DNA of 64,000 nt from Oscillospiraceae bacterium (GTDB lineage: Bacteria > Bacillota > Clostridia > Oscillospirales > Oscillospiraceae). The notes beneath the pieces were generated by a model. The model worked only from the letters and a program-made list of their open reading frames with translations, did not search any database and had not been told where the DNA came from. Shown piece by piece: positions 30,917 to 40,599 of this stretch (the first letter of the stretch is position 1; every line of letters begins with the position of its first letter). Location: the NCBI GenBank assembly GCA_017515345.1, contig JAFWFZ010000007.1:3678-67677 (forward strand), read 5' to 3'. Made by a program: the position numbers and the translations under genes.

Positions 30917-31537
30917 TCACTCCACCTTCCCGCCGCGGCCGTCCTCCCGCAGCGCAATGAGTTTTTGCCGGAATTCCCGCAGCGCCCGCCCCCGGTGGGA
31001 GATGGCGTTCTTCTCCTCCGGATCCAGCTCCGCCATGCTCTTTCCCAGCTCGGGGAGCCAGAATATGGGGTCGTAGCCGAAGCCGCCGTCGCCCCTGGGC
31101 GCCCGGAGCAGCTCGCCGTACACCTCGCCCCTGGCGCGCAGCACCGTGCCGTCGGGGAAAACGCAGGCGATGGCGGAGACGAACCGGGCCCGCCGGTCCT
31201 CCGCCTTCGCGGTGTTCCTGAGGAGCAGCGCGTTGCGCTCGGCGGAGCTGAGCTCCACGCCGTTCTCCGCGCCGTAGCGGGCGGAGAATACCCCCGGCGC
31301 GCCGCCCAGGGCGGCCACCTCCAGTCCGGAATCGTCCGCAATGGCGGGCAGGCCCAGCGCGTCGCAGGCGCCCTTTGCCTTGAGGAAGGCGTTTTCCTCG
31401 AACGTCGTCCCCGTCTCCTCCACCTCGAGCCGGAGGCCCGCCTGGCGCTGGGATATGACCTCCAGCCCCAGATCGGACAGGATCTCCCGCAGCTCGATGA
31501 GCTTTTTTTCGTTGTTGCTCGCCAGCACGAAGGTCAT
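30917..31537 (-). CDS. rdgB: dITP/XTP pyrophosphatase (Ham1/RdgB family)
   Basis: 206 aa with LASNNEKKLIEL and FGYDPIF. Confidence 0.9.
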   Translation of the reverse strand: MTFVLASNNEKKLIELREILSDLGLEVISQRQAGLRLEVEETGTTFEENAFLKAKGACDALGLPAIADDSGLEVAALGGAPGVFSARYGAENGVELSSAERNALLLRNTAKAEDRRARFVSAIACVFPDGTVLRARGEVYGELLRAPRGDGGFGYDPIFWLPELGKSMAELDPEEKNAISHRGRALREFRQKLIALREDGRGGKVE

Positions 31538-32442
31538 TGCAGCAGCGCCTCCACAAATCCGCGTCCGTCGAATTCCAGCAGGTCGTCCTGCCCCTCGCCC
31601 ACGCCGATATACTTCACGGGAAGGCCGAGCTGATCCGCGATGGCGATCACGATGCCACCCTTGGCGGTGCCGTCCAGCTTCGTGAGCACGATGCCCGTGA
31701 TCCCGGCGGATTCCTTGAACTGCTTCGCCTGGATGAGGCCGTTCTGGCCGGTGGTGGCGTCCAGTACCAGGAGCGTCTCCCGGTCGGCGTCGGGCAGCTC
31801 CCGGTCGATGACGCGGCTGATCTTGTTGAGCTCGTTCATCAGGTTCGACTTGTTGTGCAGCCGCCCAGCCGTGTCGCAGATGACGATATCCGCGCCCCGG
31901 GCCTTTGCGGCGGCGATGCCGTCGAACACCACGGAGGCGGGATCGGACCCCTCCTCATGGCGCACGATGTCGGCGCCGGTGCGCTCCGCCCACACGGTGA
32001 GCTGCTCCGCCGCCGCCGCGCGGAAGGTGTCCCCCGCCGCCAGCAGGACCTTTTTCCCCTCGCCGATATAGCGCCCGGCCAGCTTGCCGATTGTGGTGGT
32101 CTTGCCCACGCCGTTGACGCCGATGACCAGGATGACGGAGGGCTTCGTCTCCAGCCGGAGGCCCTTCTCCGTCTCTGGCATCATGTCCACAAGTATCTCC
32201 GTCAGGGCGTTTTTGATGTCCTCGCCCCGGCGGTAGCCCTCCTTCCTCGTGACCTCCCGCAGCCGCTCCACGGCCTCCATGCTCGTTTCCACGCCCAGAT
32301 CCGCCATGATGAGCGTCTCCTCCAGCTCCTCGAAGAACTCCTCGTTGGCGCCGGTGAAGGAGGCGAACATGCCGCTCAGCTGCGCGGTCATATTCTTTTT
32401 CGTCTTGGCAAGTCCCTGCCGGATCTTCTCAAAAAAGCCCAA
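31534..32442 (-). CDS. ftsY: Signal recognition particle receptor
   Basis: 302 aa NG domain (GVNGVGKTTT, DTAGR, TKLDGTAKGG). Confidence 0.93.
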   Translation of the reverse strand: MGFFEKIRQGLAKTKKNMTAQLSGMFASFTGANEEFFEELEETLIMADLGVETSMEAVERLREVTRKEGYRRGEDIKNALTEILVDMMPETEKGLRLETKPSVILVIGVNGVGKTTTIGKLAGRYIGEGKKVLLAAGDTFRAAAAEQLTVWAERTGADIVRHEEGSDPASVVFDGIAAAKARGADIVICDTAGRLHNKSNLMNELNKISRVIDRELPDADRETLLVLDATTGQNGLIQAKQFKESAGITGIVLTKLDGTAKGGIVIAIADQLGLPVKYIGVGEGQDDLLEFDGRGFVEALLQ

Positions 32443-32455
32443 TTCCCTGTCTCCT

Positions 32456-35400
32456 TTATGAATTGATGGTCCGCTCCGCGTCCTCGATGTCGATGGACAG
32501 GATGCGGGAAACGCCCTGCTCCTGCATGGTGACGCCGTAGAGCATATCCGCCTCCTCCATGGTGCCGCGCCGGTGGGTGATGCAGATCATCTGCGTTTTG
32601 TCCGACATCTTCCGCATATACTCGGCGAAGCGCAGGACGTTTGCCTCGTCCAGGGCGGCCTCGATCTCGTCCATGACCACGAAGGGCGTGGGGCGGATGC
32701 GCAGGATGGAAAAATACAGCGCGATGGCCACGAACGCCTTCTCTCCGCCGGAGAGGAGCGAGATGGTCTTCAGCTGTTTCCCCGGCGGCTGCACCCGGAT
32801 CTCGATGCCGCAGTTCAGGATATCCGAATCGTCCTCCAGCTCCAGGGACGCCTTGCCGCCCCCGAACAGCTCCAGGAACGTCTGACGAAAGCTCTCGCTG
32901 ATGGCGTCGAACTCCCGGGCGAAGATGGCCTTCATCTCCTTCGTGATCTCCCCGATGATCTCCAGCAGCTCATTCCGGGAGCGCTCCACGTCGTCCCGCT
33001 GCTCTGTGAGGTAGGTGTACCGGGCGTTCACCCGCTCATACTCGTCGATGGCGCCGATGTTGGGGGTGCCCAGCCTGGAGATGTCGCGCTTGAGCTCCCC
33101 GATCCGGTGCTTCGCCTCCGGGACGCTCTCCAGCTCCAGGCGCTGCTCCATGGCCGCCGTGCGGGTCAGCTCATAGGTATCCCACAGCTTGTCGACGATC
33201 TGCTTTTCCTCCAGCTCGGCGGCCTGCTTCCGCTGCTCCAGCCGCGCCGACTCCCGCTCCAGGTCCAGGATGCGCCTGTTTTTCTCCTGGGTCTCCCGGT
33301 CCTTGCGGGTGCGCTGCGCGTCCAGCTCCAGCTTTTCTGCGCTGACCGCCTCCAGCTCCTTTTTCAGCTCTTCCGCCCGGGCGTTTTCCCCGGCGGCGCT
33401 CTGCCTGTTGTCCGCGATCTCCTGCCGGAGGCCTTCTATCTCCCCCTCCAGCCGCTGCAGGTCCCGCTCCTGCTGGTCCCGGCCGCCGGAGAGGTCCTCT
33501 CGCAGGGCGTTCAGCTCCCCGATGGCGCTGAGGACGGCAGTCCGCTCCGCCTCCAGAGAGGCGAGAGACGCCCGCACCCGGGACAGGAGCGACGCGATCC
33601 GCTCCCGCTCGGCGCTGAGCTTTTCCTGCCCGTCGGTGAGGGCCGCTGCCCTCCGGCCGTATTCCTCCGCCCGCGCCCCGGCTTCCGCGATGGCCGCGCG
33701 CACGGCGGCAACGGACTCATTGTTCCTTTCGATCCTCGCACGCAGCGTCTCCCGCTCCGCGCGCAGGGCGTCCGCGCTCTTCTCCGCGGCGTCCAGCAGC
33801 AGCGCGTAGTGGTTGGCGTCCGCCTCCAGCCGGAGGGCGCTGTCCTCCACGCTCCGCAGCTCGCCCCGGACCGTTTCCAGCTCGTATTCGGCGGCGGCCA
33901 GCTCGCGCTTTGACTCCTGCAGCTGCTTTTCCGCCGCCTCCAGAGAGGCGCTCAGCCTCGCCTGCTGCTCGCCGAGCCGCTTCAGCTCATTGGCGCGGGA
34001 GATGATGCCCGCTCCCTTCGCGGCGGAGCCGCCGGTCATGGAGCCGCCGGCGTTCATCACCTGTCCGTCCAGGGTAACGATGCGGAAGCGGTTTTTGTAT
34101 TTTCTCGAAATGGCGATGGCGCTTTTCAGCGTGTCCGCCACCACCGTTCTGCCCAGGAGATTCGCGTAGACGCCGGCATAGCGCGGATCATACTCCACGA
34201 GCTGGAGGGCAACGCCCTCATATCCCGGCTCGTTCTCCAGTCCGCGCTCCTCCAGCGTCCTGCCGCGCACGGCGGACACGGGCAGGAAGGTGGCCCGTCC
34301 GGCGTCCCGCCGCCTGAGCATCTGGATGGCGGCCTCGCCGTCCTCCTCGGTGCCCACGATGATATCCTGCATGGCGCCGCCCAGCGCCGTTTCGATGGCG
34401 AGCGCGTATTTGTCGGAGGTGGATACCAGTCCCGCCACCGTGCCGAAGATATTCTTCAGCGTGCCCCTGGCCCCCTCCTGCATCACGGTCTTTACCGCGC
34501 GGGAATAGCCCTGGTACTCCTTCTCCATCTCCCTCAGCAGGGAGATGCGGGAGCGGATGGCGCCGTCCTCCATGGTGAGCTTCATCTGCCGCTCGCCCAG
34601 GTCTTCCGATTTTTGTCTCCTCGCCGCCACCCGCTTTTCGTGGCCGGCGATCATATTCCGGTGGGACTGCACGTCCTCCCGCGCCTTTTTGAGCTCGGCG
34701 GCGCACTTCTCCGCGTCCTGCCGGAGCGTCTTCGCCTGCTCCGCGTTGGACGCCGCCTCACGCGCCGCGGCCTCGTCCCTGTCCTCCAGCTCCTGGGCGG
34801 AGGCCGCCAGGGAGGACAGCTCCGCTTTTTTGTCCGAGAGCTCCCGCTCGGCGTCGTTTTCTCCGGCGATGGCTTCCGAGAGCTGCCGCGCCTGCTCGCC
34901 GTAGGCGGAGAGCAGCGACTCCGACTCCCGGAGATATCCCTCCGTCTCCTCGTCCAGCGCCGCGCGCTCCCGGTCGATCTCCAGGACGCGGGCGTTCTTC
35001 TCCCCGATCTGCTGCCGGATGCCGCCGTCGCGGCTGGCCTGCTCGGACATATCGCGCCGGATCCGTTCCCGTTCGCCCAGGGTGCTCTCCAGTCTGGCCT
35101 CCAGCACCCGGGCGGCGCTGTCGTACTCCCCGGCGCGGGCGACGGCGCGGGAGATGAGCTCCCGCCTGGCCTCCGCCTCCACGTCCTTTTCCCGCATCTG
35201 CTCGCCCAGGCGCTCCGCCTCGGCGTAAGCCTTTTCCAGCTCCTCGTTCCCGGCTGCCAGCTCCCGTGCGGCGACCTGGCAGTCGATCTCCAGCTTTTTC
35301 GACGTCTCCCCCAGCCGACGGAGCGTATCGGTCCAGACGGAGATCTCCAGTCCCCGCAGCTCGTCCCGGAGGACCAGGTACTTCTTCGCCGTCTCCGCCT

Positions 35401-36043
35401 GGCTCTTCAGGGGCGTGACCTGCAGCTCCAGCTCCGAGATCTTGTCGTTGATGCGGACCAGGTTCTCGTCGGTGCGCTCCAGCCGCCGCTCCGATTCCTC
35501 CTTGCGGTGGCGGAATCTGGAGATGCCGGCCGCCTCCTCGAAGATCTCGCGCCGGTCGCCGCTCCTGGCGGAGAGGATCGCGTCCACCCGGCCCTGGCCG
35601 ATGATGCTGTACCCCTCCCGGCCCATGCCGGTATCCATGAGCAGCTCGCTGACGTCCCGCAGCCGGACGGAGCGCCGGTTGATATAGTATTCGCTCTCGC
35701 CGGAGCGGTAGTACCGCCGGGTGATCATCACCTCGGACTCCTCCATGTCAAAGAGCTTTTCCGAATTATCCAGAATGAGCGACACCTCGGCGAAGCCCAC
35801 CGGGCCCCGCTTCTGCGTGCCGCCGAAGATCACATCCTCCATCTTGCCGCCCCGCAGCGTGCGGGACGACTGCTCGCCCATGACCCAGAGGATAGCGTCG
35901 GAGATGTTGGATTTGCCGCTGCCGTTGGGCCCCACGATGGCCGTGACCGGCTTATCGAAGGTGAGGCGCGTTTTATCGGGAAACGACTTGAATCCCTGCA
36001 TCTCCAATGCTTTCAAATACAATTCATTCACCGTCCCGGTCAT
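32456..36043 (-). CDS. smc: Chromosome segregation protein SMC
   Basis: 1195 aa with Walker A GPNGSGKSN, long coiled coils, a hinge, the signature LSGGEKA and Walker B VVMDEIEAALD. Confidence 0.95.
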   Translation of the reverse strand: MTGTVNELYLKALEMQGFKSFPDKTRLTFDKPVTAIVGPNGSGKSNISDAILWVMGEQSSRTLRGGKMEDVIFGGTQKRGPVGFAEVSLILDNSEKLFDMEESEVMITRRYYRSGESEYYINRRSVRLRDVSELLMDTGMGREGYSIIGQGRVDAILSARSGDRREIFEEAAGISRFRHRKEESERRLERTDENLVRINDKISELELQVTPLKSQAETAKKYLVLRDELRGLEISVWTDTLRRLGETSKKLEIDCQVAARELAAGNEELEKAYAEAERLGEQMREKDVEAEARRELISRAVARAGEYDSAARVLEARLESTLGERERIRRDMSEQASRDGGIRQQIGEKNARVLEIDRERAALDEETEGYLRESESLLSAYGEQARQLSEAIAGENDAERELSDKKAELSSLAASAQELEDRDEAAAREAASNAEQAKTLRQDAEKCAAELKKAREDVQSHRNMIAGHEKRVAARRQKSEDLGERQMKLTMEDGAIRSRISLLREMEKEYQGYSRAVKTVMQEGARGTLKNIFGTVAGLVSTSDKYALAIETALGGAMQDIIVGTEEDGEAAIQMLRRRDAGRATFLPVSAVRGRTLEERGLENEPGYEGVALQLVEYDPRYAGVYANLLGRTVVADTLKSAIAISRKYKNRFRIVTLDGQVMNAGGSMTGGSAAKGAGIISRANELKRLGEQQARLSASLEAAEKQLQESKRELAAAEYELETVRGELRSVEDSALRLEADANHYALLLDAAEKSADALRAERETLRARIERNNESVAAVRAAIAEAGARAEEYGRRAAALTDGQEKLSAERERIASLLSRVRASLASLEAERTAVLSAIGELNALREDLSGGRDQQERDLQRLEGEIEGLRQEIADNRQSAAGENARAEELKKELEAVSAEKLELDAQRTRKDRETQEKNRRILDLERESARLEQRKQAAELEEKQIVDKLWDTYELTRTAAMEQRLELESVPEAKHRIGELKRDISRLGTPNIGAIDEYERVNARYTYLTEQRDDVERSRNELLEIIGEITKEMKAIFAREFDAISESFRQTFLELFGGGKASLELEDDSDILNCGIEIRVQPPGKQLKTISLLSGGEKAFVAIALYFSILRIRPTPFVVMDEIEAALDEANVLRFAEYMRKMSDKTQMICITHRRGTMEEADMLYGVTMQEQGVSRILSIDIEDAERTINS

Positions 36044-36125
36044 AGCCGCTTCATCCGGCTGTAATCACCGCCCCGCGGGGCGGACTGCCGCGCCGTTTCC
36101 TTTCAGGCGCGGAATCGTTCAGATT

Positions 36126-36154
36126 ATTATAACCTTTTTATCCGTGCTTTTCAA
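36126..36154 (-). promoter_or_regulatory. Putative internal sigma-A promoter for smc
   Basis: Minus strand reads TTGAAA, 17 nt, then TATAAT, overlapping the 3' end of the radical SAM gene. The ~75-nt leader holds two GC hairpins (CCGCGCC...GGCGCGG and CCGCCCCGCGGGGCGG). Confidence 0.55.
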
Positions 36155-37139
36155 TGTCCAATATGACTATTTCGGCGTTTTCCGACTCCCGCACGTCGAG
36201 CCTTTCCAGCCGGAACTCCCGCATAAGAACGCGGATATTGCTCCGGCGCTGCCCCGTCATCAGGGAGAGGCGCCCGCGCGGAACGCCCAGCGTCACCGTG
36301 CGGCCGAAGGCCCCCGCCCCCCGCAGGAGCGCCCTTGCCCGCTCCAGGTATATCCGGCGGAAAACCAGCTCCCCCAGCGCCGGGTGGTACGCGCCCGCCG
36401 CGGCCCCGCCGGCGCTCAGCTCCTCCGTGGGGTTGAGCCCCAGCCGGATCACGGGGATACCCGCCGCCTGAAACATCGGCACCAGCGCGGCGCAGAGGGA
36501 CACCGCGTCCTCCACCGTGTGCTCCCGGTATGCGCCCCGGCGGTACATATCCCAGAGAGCCGTATCCCGCACCACGACGGTGGGATAGATCCGCACCCCG
36601 TCGGGCTTCAGGTCGATGAGCTTCCGCGCCGTATAGCGGGAGGTATCCGGCGTGTCGCCCGGCAGACCGGTCATCATCTGCAGGATCAGCGCCAGCCCCG
36701 CGTCCTTCACGAGCCCGGCCGCCCGCTCCGCGTCCTCCGGCGTGTTGCCCCGTTCCGAGAGGGTCAGCACCCGCCCGTCCATGGACTGGACGCCCAGCTC
36801 CACCGTTTTGACGCCGTATTGCAGGAGCCGCCCGATCACCGCGTCGTCCACTGCGTCCGGCCTTGTGGAGAGGCGCAGGGCGTTTCCCGGGTGCAGCGAG
36901 AGGAAGGGCTGCGCCGCCCCGAGGAGCTCCTCCTGCCGCTCGTCGGGGAGGGCGGTGAAGCTGCCCCCGTAGAACGCCAGGTCGCAGGGCCCGCCCCGCC
37001 AGCCCTCCGCCGCCCGGCGCACCGTTTCCGCCGTGGCGGGCTCAGAGGCGCCGGATATCCGCCGCTGGTTGCAGAAAACGCAGGCGTGGGGGCAGCCCGC
37101 ATGGGGCACGAACACCGGGATCACGTTTTTTCTTGCCAT
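36138..37139 (-). CDS. Radical SAM protein (ELP3-like, commonly found between rnc and smc in Clostridia)
   Basis: 333 aa with the CxxxCxxC motif CPHACVFCN near the N-terminus. Confidence 0.8.
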   Translation of the reverse strand: MARKNVIPVFVPHAGCPHACVFCNQRRISGASEPATAETVRRAAEGWRGGPCDLAFYGGSFTALPDERQEELLGAAQPFLSLHPGNALRLSTRPDAVDDAVIGRLLQYGVKTVELGVQSMDGRVLTLSERGNTPEDAERAAGLVKDAGLALILQMMTGLPGDTPDTSRYTARKLIDLKPDGVRIYPTVVVRDTALWDMYRRGAYREHTVEDAVSLCAALVPMFQAAGIPVIRLGLNPTEELSAGGAAAGAYHPALGELVFRRIYLERARALLRGAGAFGRTVTLGVPRGRLSLMTGQRRSNIRVLMREFRLERLDVRESENAEIVILDIEKHG

Positions 37140-37191
37140 CGTATCTCCTTATTATGAATGCTGCCCGCGGAGGCGGACAGCATTCTGTCGT

Positions 37192-37863
37192 TTATTCCAT
37201 TTTGCCCAGCGCGTCCGCCGCAGCGGCCTGTTCGGCCTCCTTCTTGCTGCGGCCGGAGCCGCTGCCGATCACTTCGCCGTTGACGCGCACCCGCATGAAG
37301 AACTCCTTGGCATGGTCGGGGCCCCGCTCGCCGGTGAGCTCATACTCGATGCGGTGCGCCCCGTCCCGCTGGACCCGCTCCTGCAGGAGCGTCTTGTGAT
37401 CCAGCTGCCGCTTTTTGAATTCGTCCTTCCGGGAGAGGATATGCTTTTCGATAAAGCCCAGGGCCCGTTCCCGGCCGCCGTCCAGATACAGGGCGGCCAG
37501 CAGCGCCTCCACCGCGTCCGCGTTGATGGACGCCCGGGTCCGGCCGCCGCCCAGCTCTTCTCCCCTGCCCAGCCGCAGGAACCGGCCCAGGCCAAGCCGC
37601 TCCGCCACCTCGGCGAGGCTCTTCTCGCAGACGAGCTCCGCCCGCAGGCGGGTCATCTGCCCCTCGCTCATATCCGGCTCGTCGGCAAAAAGCCGCTCCG
37701 CCACCGCCATGCCCAGGATGGCGTCCCCCAGGAACTCCAGCCGCTCGTTGCATCCGGCGCCGGAACGCCTGTTCTCATTGGCGTAGGAGCTGTGGGTCAG
37801 CGCCAGCAGGAACAGGCCCCTGTCCCTGAATTCATAACCCAGCTCCTTTTCCAGCTCGTTCAT
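37192..37863 (-). CDS. rnc: Ribonuclease III
   Basis: 223 aa with the signature ERLEFLGDA and a C-terminal dsRBD. Confidence 0.93.
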   Translation of the reverse strand: MNELEKELGYEFRDRGLFLLALTHSSYANENRRSGAGCNERLEFLGDAILGMAVAERLFADEPDMSEGQMTRLRAELVCEKSLAEVAERLGLGRFLRLGRGEELGGGRTRASINADAVEALLAALYLDGGRERALGFIEKHILSRKDEFKKRQLDHKTLLQERVQRDGAHRIEYELTGERGPDHAKEFFMRVRVNGEVIGSGSGRSKKEAEQAAAADALGKME

Positions 37864-37886
37864 GCCCGCGCCTCCCTCAAAATCAG

Positions 37887-37912
37887 CAAAATCGGGGCGG
37901 AAGCCCGCCCCG
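37887..37912 (-). terminator. Hairpin / partial terminator between acpP and rnc
   Basis: Minus strand reads CGGGGCGG-GCTT-CCGCCCCG, then ATTTTG, just upstream of the rnc RBS GAGGGAGG. Confidence 0.45.
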
Positions 37913-37917
37913 AATCA

Positions 37918-38166
37918 TCAGTCTATCCTGTCGGAAATGTACTTCACCACATCGGCCACCGTGGCCATTTTGGCGAACTCCTCGTCATCGCTCTCAGGAA
38001 TCACGATGTTGAAGCCCTCCTCGATCGCCATGGTCAGCTCCAGCACGTCCAGGGAATCCGCACCCAGATCGTCCGCAAACGTGGTCTCCGGCGTAATGCT
38101 GCCCGGATCGATCGAAAACTGCTCCGCAATGATATCCTGAAGCGTTTCAAATATCATGGTTTTCAC
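37918..38166 (-). CDS. acpP: Acyl carrier protein
   Basis: 82 aa with the phosphopantetheine site LGADSLDVLEL. Confidence 0.9.
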   Translation of the reverse strand: MKTMIFETLQDIIAEQFSIDPGSITPETTFADDLGADSLDVLELTMAIEEGFNIVIPESDDEEFAKMATVADVVKYISDRID

Positions 38167-38210
38167 CCCGTCATTTACTAGTCGGGCACTGCCCGCTCTG
38201 CACTATCGAA

Positions 38211-38239
38211 ATAGTAAAGCGGCACACATGATTTGTCAA
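38211..38239 (-). promoter_or_regulatory. Putative sigma-A promoter of acpP
   Basis: Minus strand reads TTGACA, 17 nt, then TACTAT. Confidence 0.6.
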
Positions 38240-38266
38240 CAGTTTTTTTCGCTTTTCAGGTATATC

Positions 38267-39292
38267 TCAGGCAAGCCCGTCGATCCTGATCTTTTCGATG
38301 TTTTTCGCAAGGCTTCCGGCCACGTCCGCCTCGGCGTTCAGGATCGCGTGGCGGACGGCGTTCTCGATGGCGACCGCGCCGGAGGAGCCGTGGGCCTTGA
38401 TGACCGGCCTGGCGATGCCCAGCAGGGCCGTGCCGCCCACCTTATCCGGGTCCATGCGGTCCTTCAGGTCGTAGAGGGCGTCCCGTACCATGAAGCCGGA
38501 GAGCTTGGAGAGCTTGCCCCTTTTGAAAATATCCTTGAGCTCCGCCGAGAAGAAGCGGCTCACGCCCTCGATCCCCTTCAGGAGGATATTCCCCGAGAAC
38601 CCGTCGCACACGATCACGTCCACGCCGCCCAGCATCACCTGCTTGGCCTCCACGTTGCCGATGAAGTTGATGTGCCCGCCGGCCGCGGCCTTCTCCAGCA
38701 GATCAAAGGTCTCATCCTGCAGCGCGGTGCCCTTGCCCCGCTCGGTGCCGATGTTCAGGAGCCCCACCCGGGGGCTGGGCTTTTTCAGGACGCTTTCCAT
38801 ATAATAGGAGCCCATGAACGCGAACTGGAGCAGGTACTCGGCGGTGCATTCGGCGTTGGCGCCGCAGTCGATGATCATGCACTCCCCCTCCCGGCCGGGG
38901 ATCACCGGCGCGAGAGCGGCGCGGCGGATGCCCCGCACGCGCTTGACGATGAGCGTCGCCCCGGAGAGGAGCGCGCCCGTGCTGCCGGCGGAGACGAAGG
39001 CGTCGCCGCCCCCGTCGCGCAGGAGCCGCAGCCCCACCGCCATGGAGGAGTCCTTCTTCGTCCGCACCGCGGACACCGGGTCCTCGTCCATCTCAATGGT
39101 CTCGGAGGCGGCGGCCAGCTCCACCCCCTCGGGCGGCTCCGAATAGCCCATGCCCTCCAGGCAGCGGAGCATGTCCTCCATCCTGCCTGCCAGCACGATG
39201 TCCGTATTCAGGTTCTTACGGGCGTTCACCGCGCCCTGGATGATCTCGCCGGGGGCGTTGTCGCCGCCCATGGCGTCCACGATGATCTTCAT
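38267..39292 (-). CDS. plsX: Phosphate acyltransferase
   Basis: 341 aa, PlsX family (MGGDNAP N-terminus). Confidence 0.93.
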   Translation of the reverse strand: MKIIVDAMGGDNAPGEIIQGAVNARKNLNTDIVLAGRMEDMLRCLEGMGYSEPPEGVELAAASETIEMDEDPVSAVRTKKDSSMAVGLRLLRDGGGDAFVSAGSTGALLSGATLIVKRVRGIRRAALAPVIPGREGECMIIDCGANAECTAEYLLQFAFMGSYYMESVLKKPSPRVGLLNIGTERGKGTALQDETFDLLEKAAAGGHINFIGNVEAKQVMLGGVDVIVCDGFSGNILLKGIEGVSRFFSAELKDIFKRGKLSKLSGFMVRDALYDLKDRMDPDKVGGTALLGIARPVIKAHGSSGAVAIENAVRHAILNAEADVAGSLAKNIEKIRIDGLA

Positions 39293-40599
39293 ATCTCTGC
39301 CTCCCTTTTCTTCTCTTCTATCAGGTGCAGCGAACGCTCGGAGATCGCCGCGTTCTTGTTCCTCTTGCCCTTGACCTTATACCCCAGCGGAGTCATGATC
39401 CCGAAATTGATGTTCATGGGCTGGAAGCCTCCCACGCTCCCGCCCGAGATATACGCCGCCAGGGCGCCGACAGCCGTTTCCGCCGGGAAATCCGCCGGCG
39501 GGAGCCCCAGAAGCTCCCGCGCCGTCTCGATGCCGACCAGCAGGCCGGAGGCGGCGGATTCCACATACCCCTCCACGCCCGTCATCTGCCCGGCAAAACG
39601 GATGCGCGGATCGCTCTTCAGCCGGTAATACCTGTCCAGCAGCCGGGGCGAATCCAGATAGGTGTTCCGGTGCATGACGCCGTAACGCACGAACTCCGCG
39701 TTCTTCAGCGCCGGGATCATGGAGAACACCCGCTTCTGCTCCCCGAATTTCAGGTGGGTCTGGAAGCCCACGATGTTGTAGATCGTGCCCGCCGCGTTGT
39801 CCATCCGGAGCTGCACCACGGCGTAGGGCTCCTTCCCCGTCCCGGGGTCGATGAGCCCCACGGGCTTCAGGGGTCCGTAGCGCATGGTATCCTCGCCCCG
39901 GCGGGCCATGACCTCGATGGGCATGCACCCCTCGAACACGCCGCCGTCGTCAAAGCCGTGGATCTCCGCCTCCTGTGCCGAGACCAGCTCGCGGCGGAAG
40001 GCGGTATATTCCTCCCGGGTCATGGGGCAGTTTACATAATCTGCCGTCCCCTTCCCGTACCGGGAGGCAAAATAGGCGCTTTCCATGTCGATGCTGTCAA
40101 AGGTGACGATGGGCGCCGCCGCGTCGTAGAAGCTGAGGGGTGCCCCCTCCGGGTCCAGCGCCCGGAGCTTTGCCGCCAGGGCGTCGGAGGTGAGGGGCCC
40201 GGTGGCGACGATCACGGTCCCCTCGGGGATCGCGTCCGCCTCCCGCATCTCCACGGTGATCCTCCCGTGGGAGCGGATCCTCTCCGTGATCATCCGGGCA
40301 AAGGCCGCCCGGTCCACGGCCAGGGCGCCGCCCGCGGGGACGCGGGTCGCGTCGGCGCAGGAGATGATGAGCCCGTTAAGCCGCCGCATCTCCTCCTTCA
40401 GGAGGCCCACCGCGTTTGTGAGCTCGTCGCTTCTCAGGGAATTGGAGCATACCAGCTCCGCGAAATCGTCGGAAACGTGAGCGGGGGTGCGCTTTTGGGG
40501 CTTCATCTCCACAAGGCGCACATCCACGCCCCGCTCGGCGAGCTGCCACGCCGCCTCACAGCCGGCAAGGCCGGCCCCGATCACCGTGACTCCCGTCAT
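39289..40599 (-). CDS. trmFO: Methylenetetrahydrofolate--tRNA-(uracil-5-)-methyltransferase
   Basis: 436 aa with the FAD motif [13 protein letters not shown]. It follows topA, as in Bacillus. Confidence 0.93.
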   Translation of the reverse strand: MTGVTVIGAGLAGCEAAWQLAERGVDVRLVEMKPQKRTPAHVSDDFAELVCSNSLRSDELTNAVGLLKEEMRRLNGLIISCADATRVPAGGALAVDRAAFARMITERIRSHGRITVEMREADAIPEGTVIVATGPLTSDALAAKLRALDPEGAPLSFYDAAAPIVTFDSIDMESAYFASRYGKGTADYVNCPMTREEYTAFRRELVSAQEAEIHGFDDGGVFEGCMPIEVMARRGEDTMRYGPLKPVGLIDPGTGKEPYAVVQLRMDNAAGTIYNIVGFQTHLKFGEQKRVFSMIPALKNAEFVRYGVMHRNTYLDSPRLLDRYYRLKSDPRIRFAGQMTGVEGYVESAASGLLVGIETARELLGLPPADFPAETAVGALAAYISGGSVGGFQPMNINFGIMTPLGYKVKGKRNKNAAISERSLHLIEEKKREAEI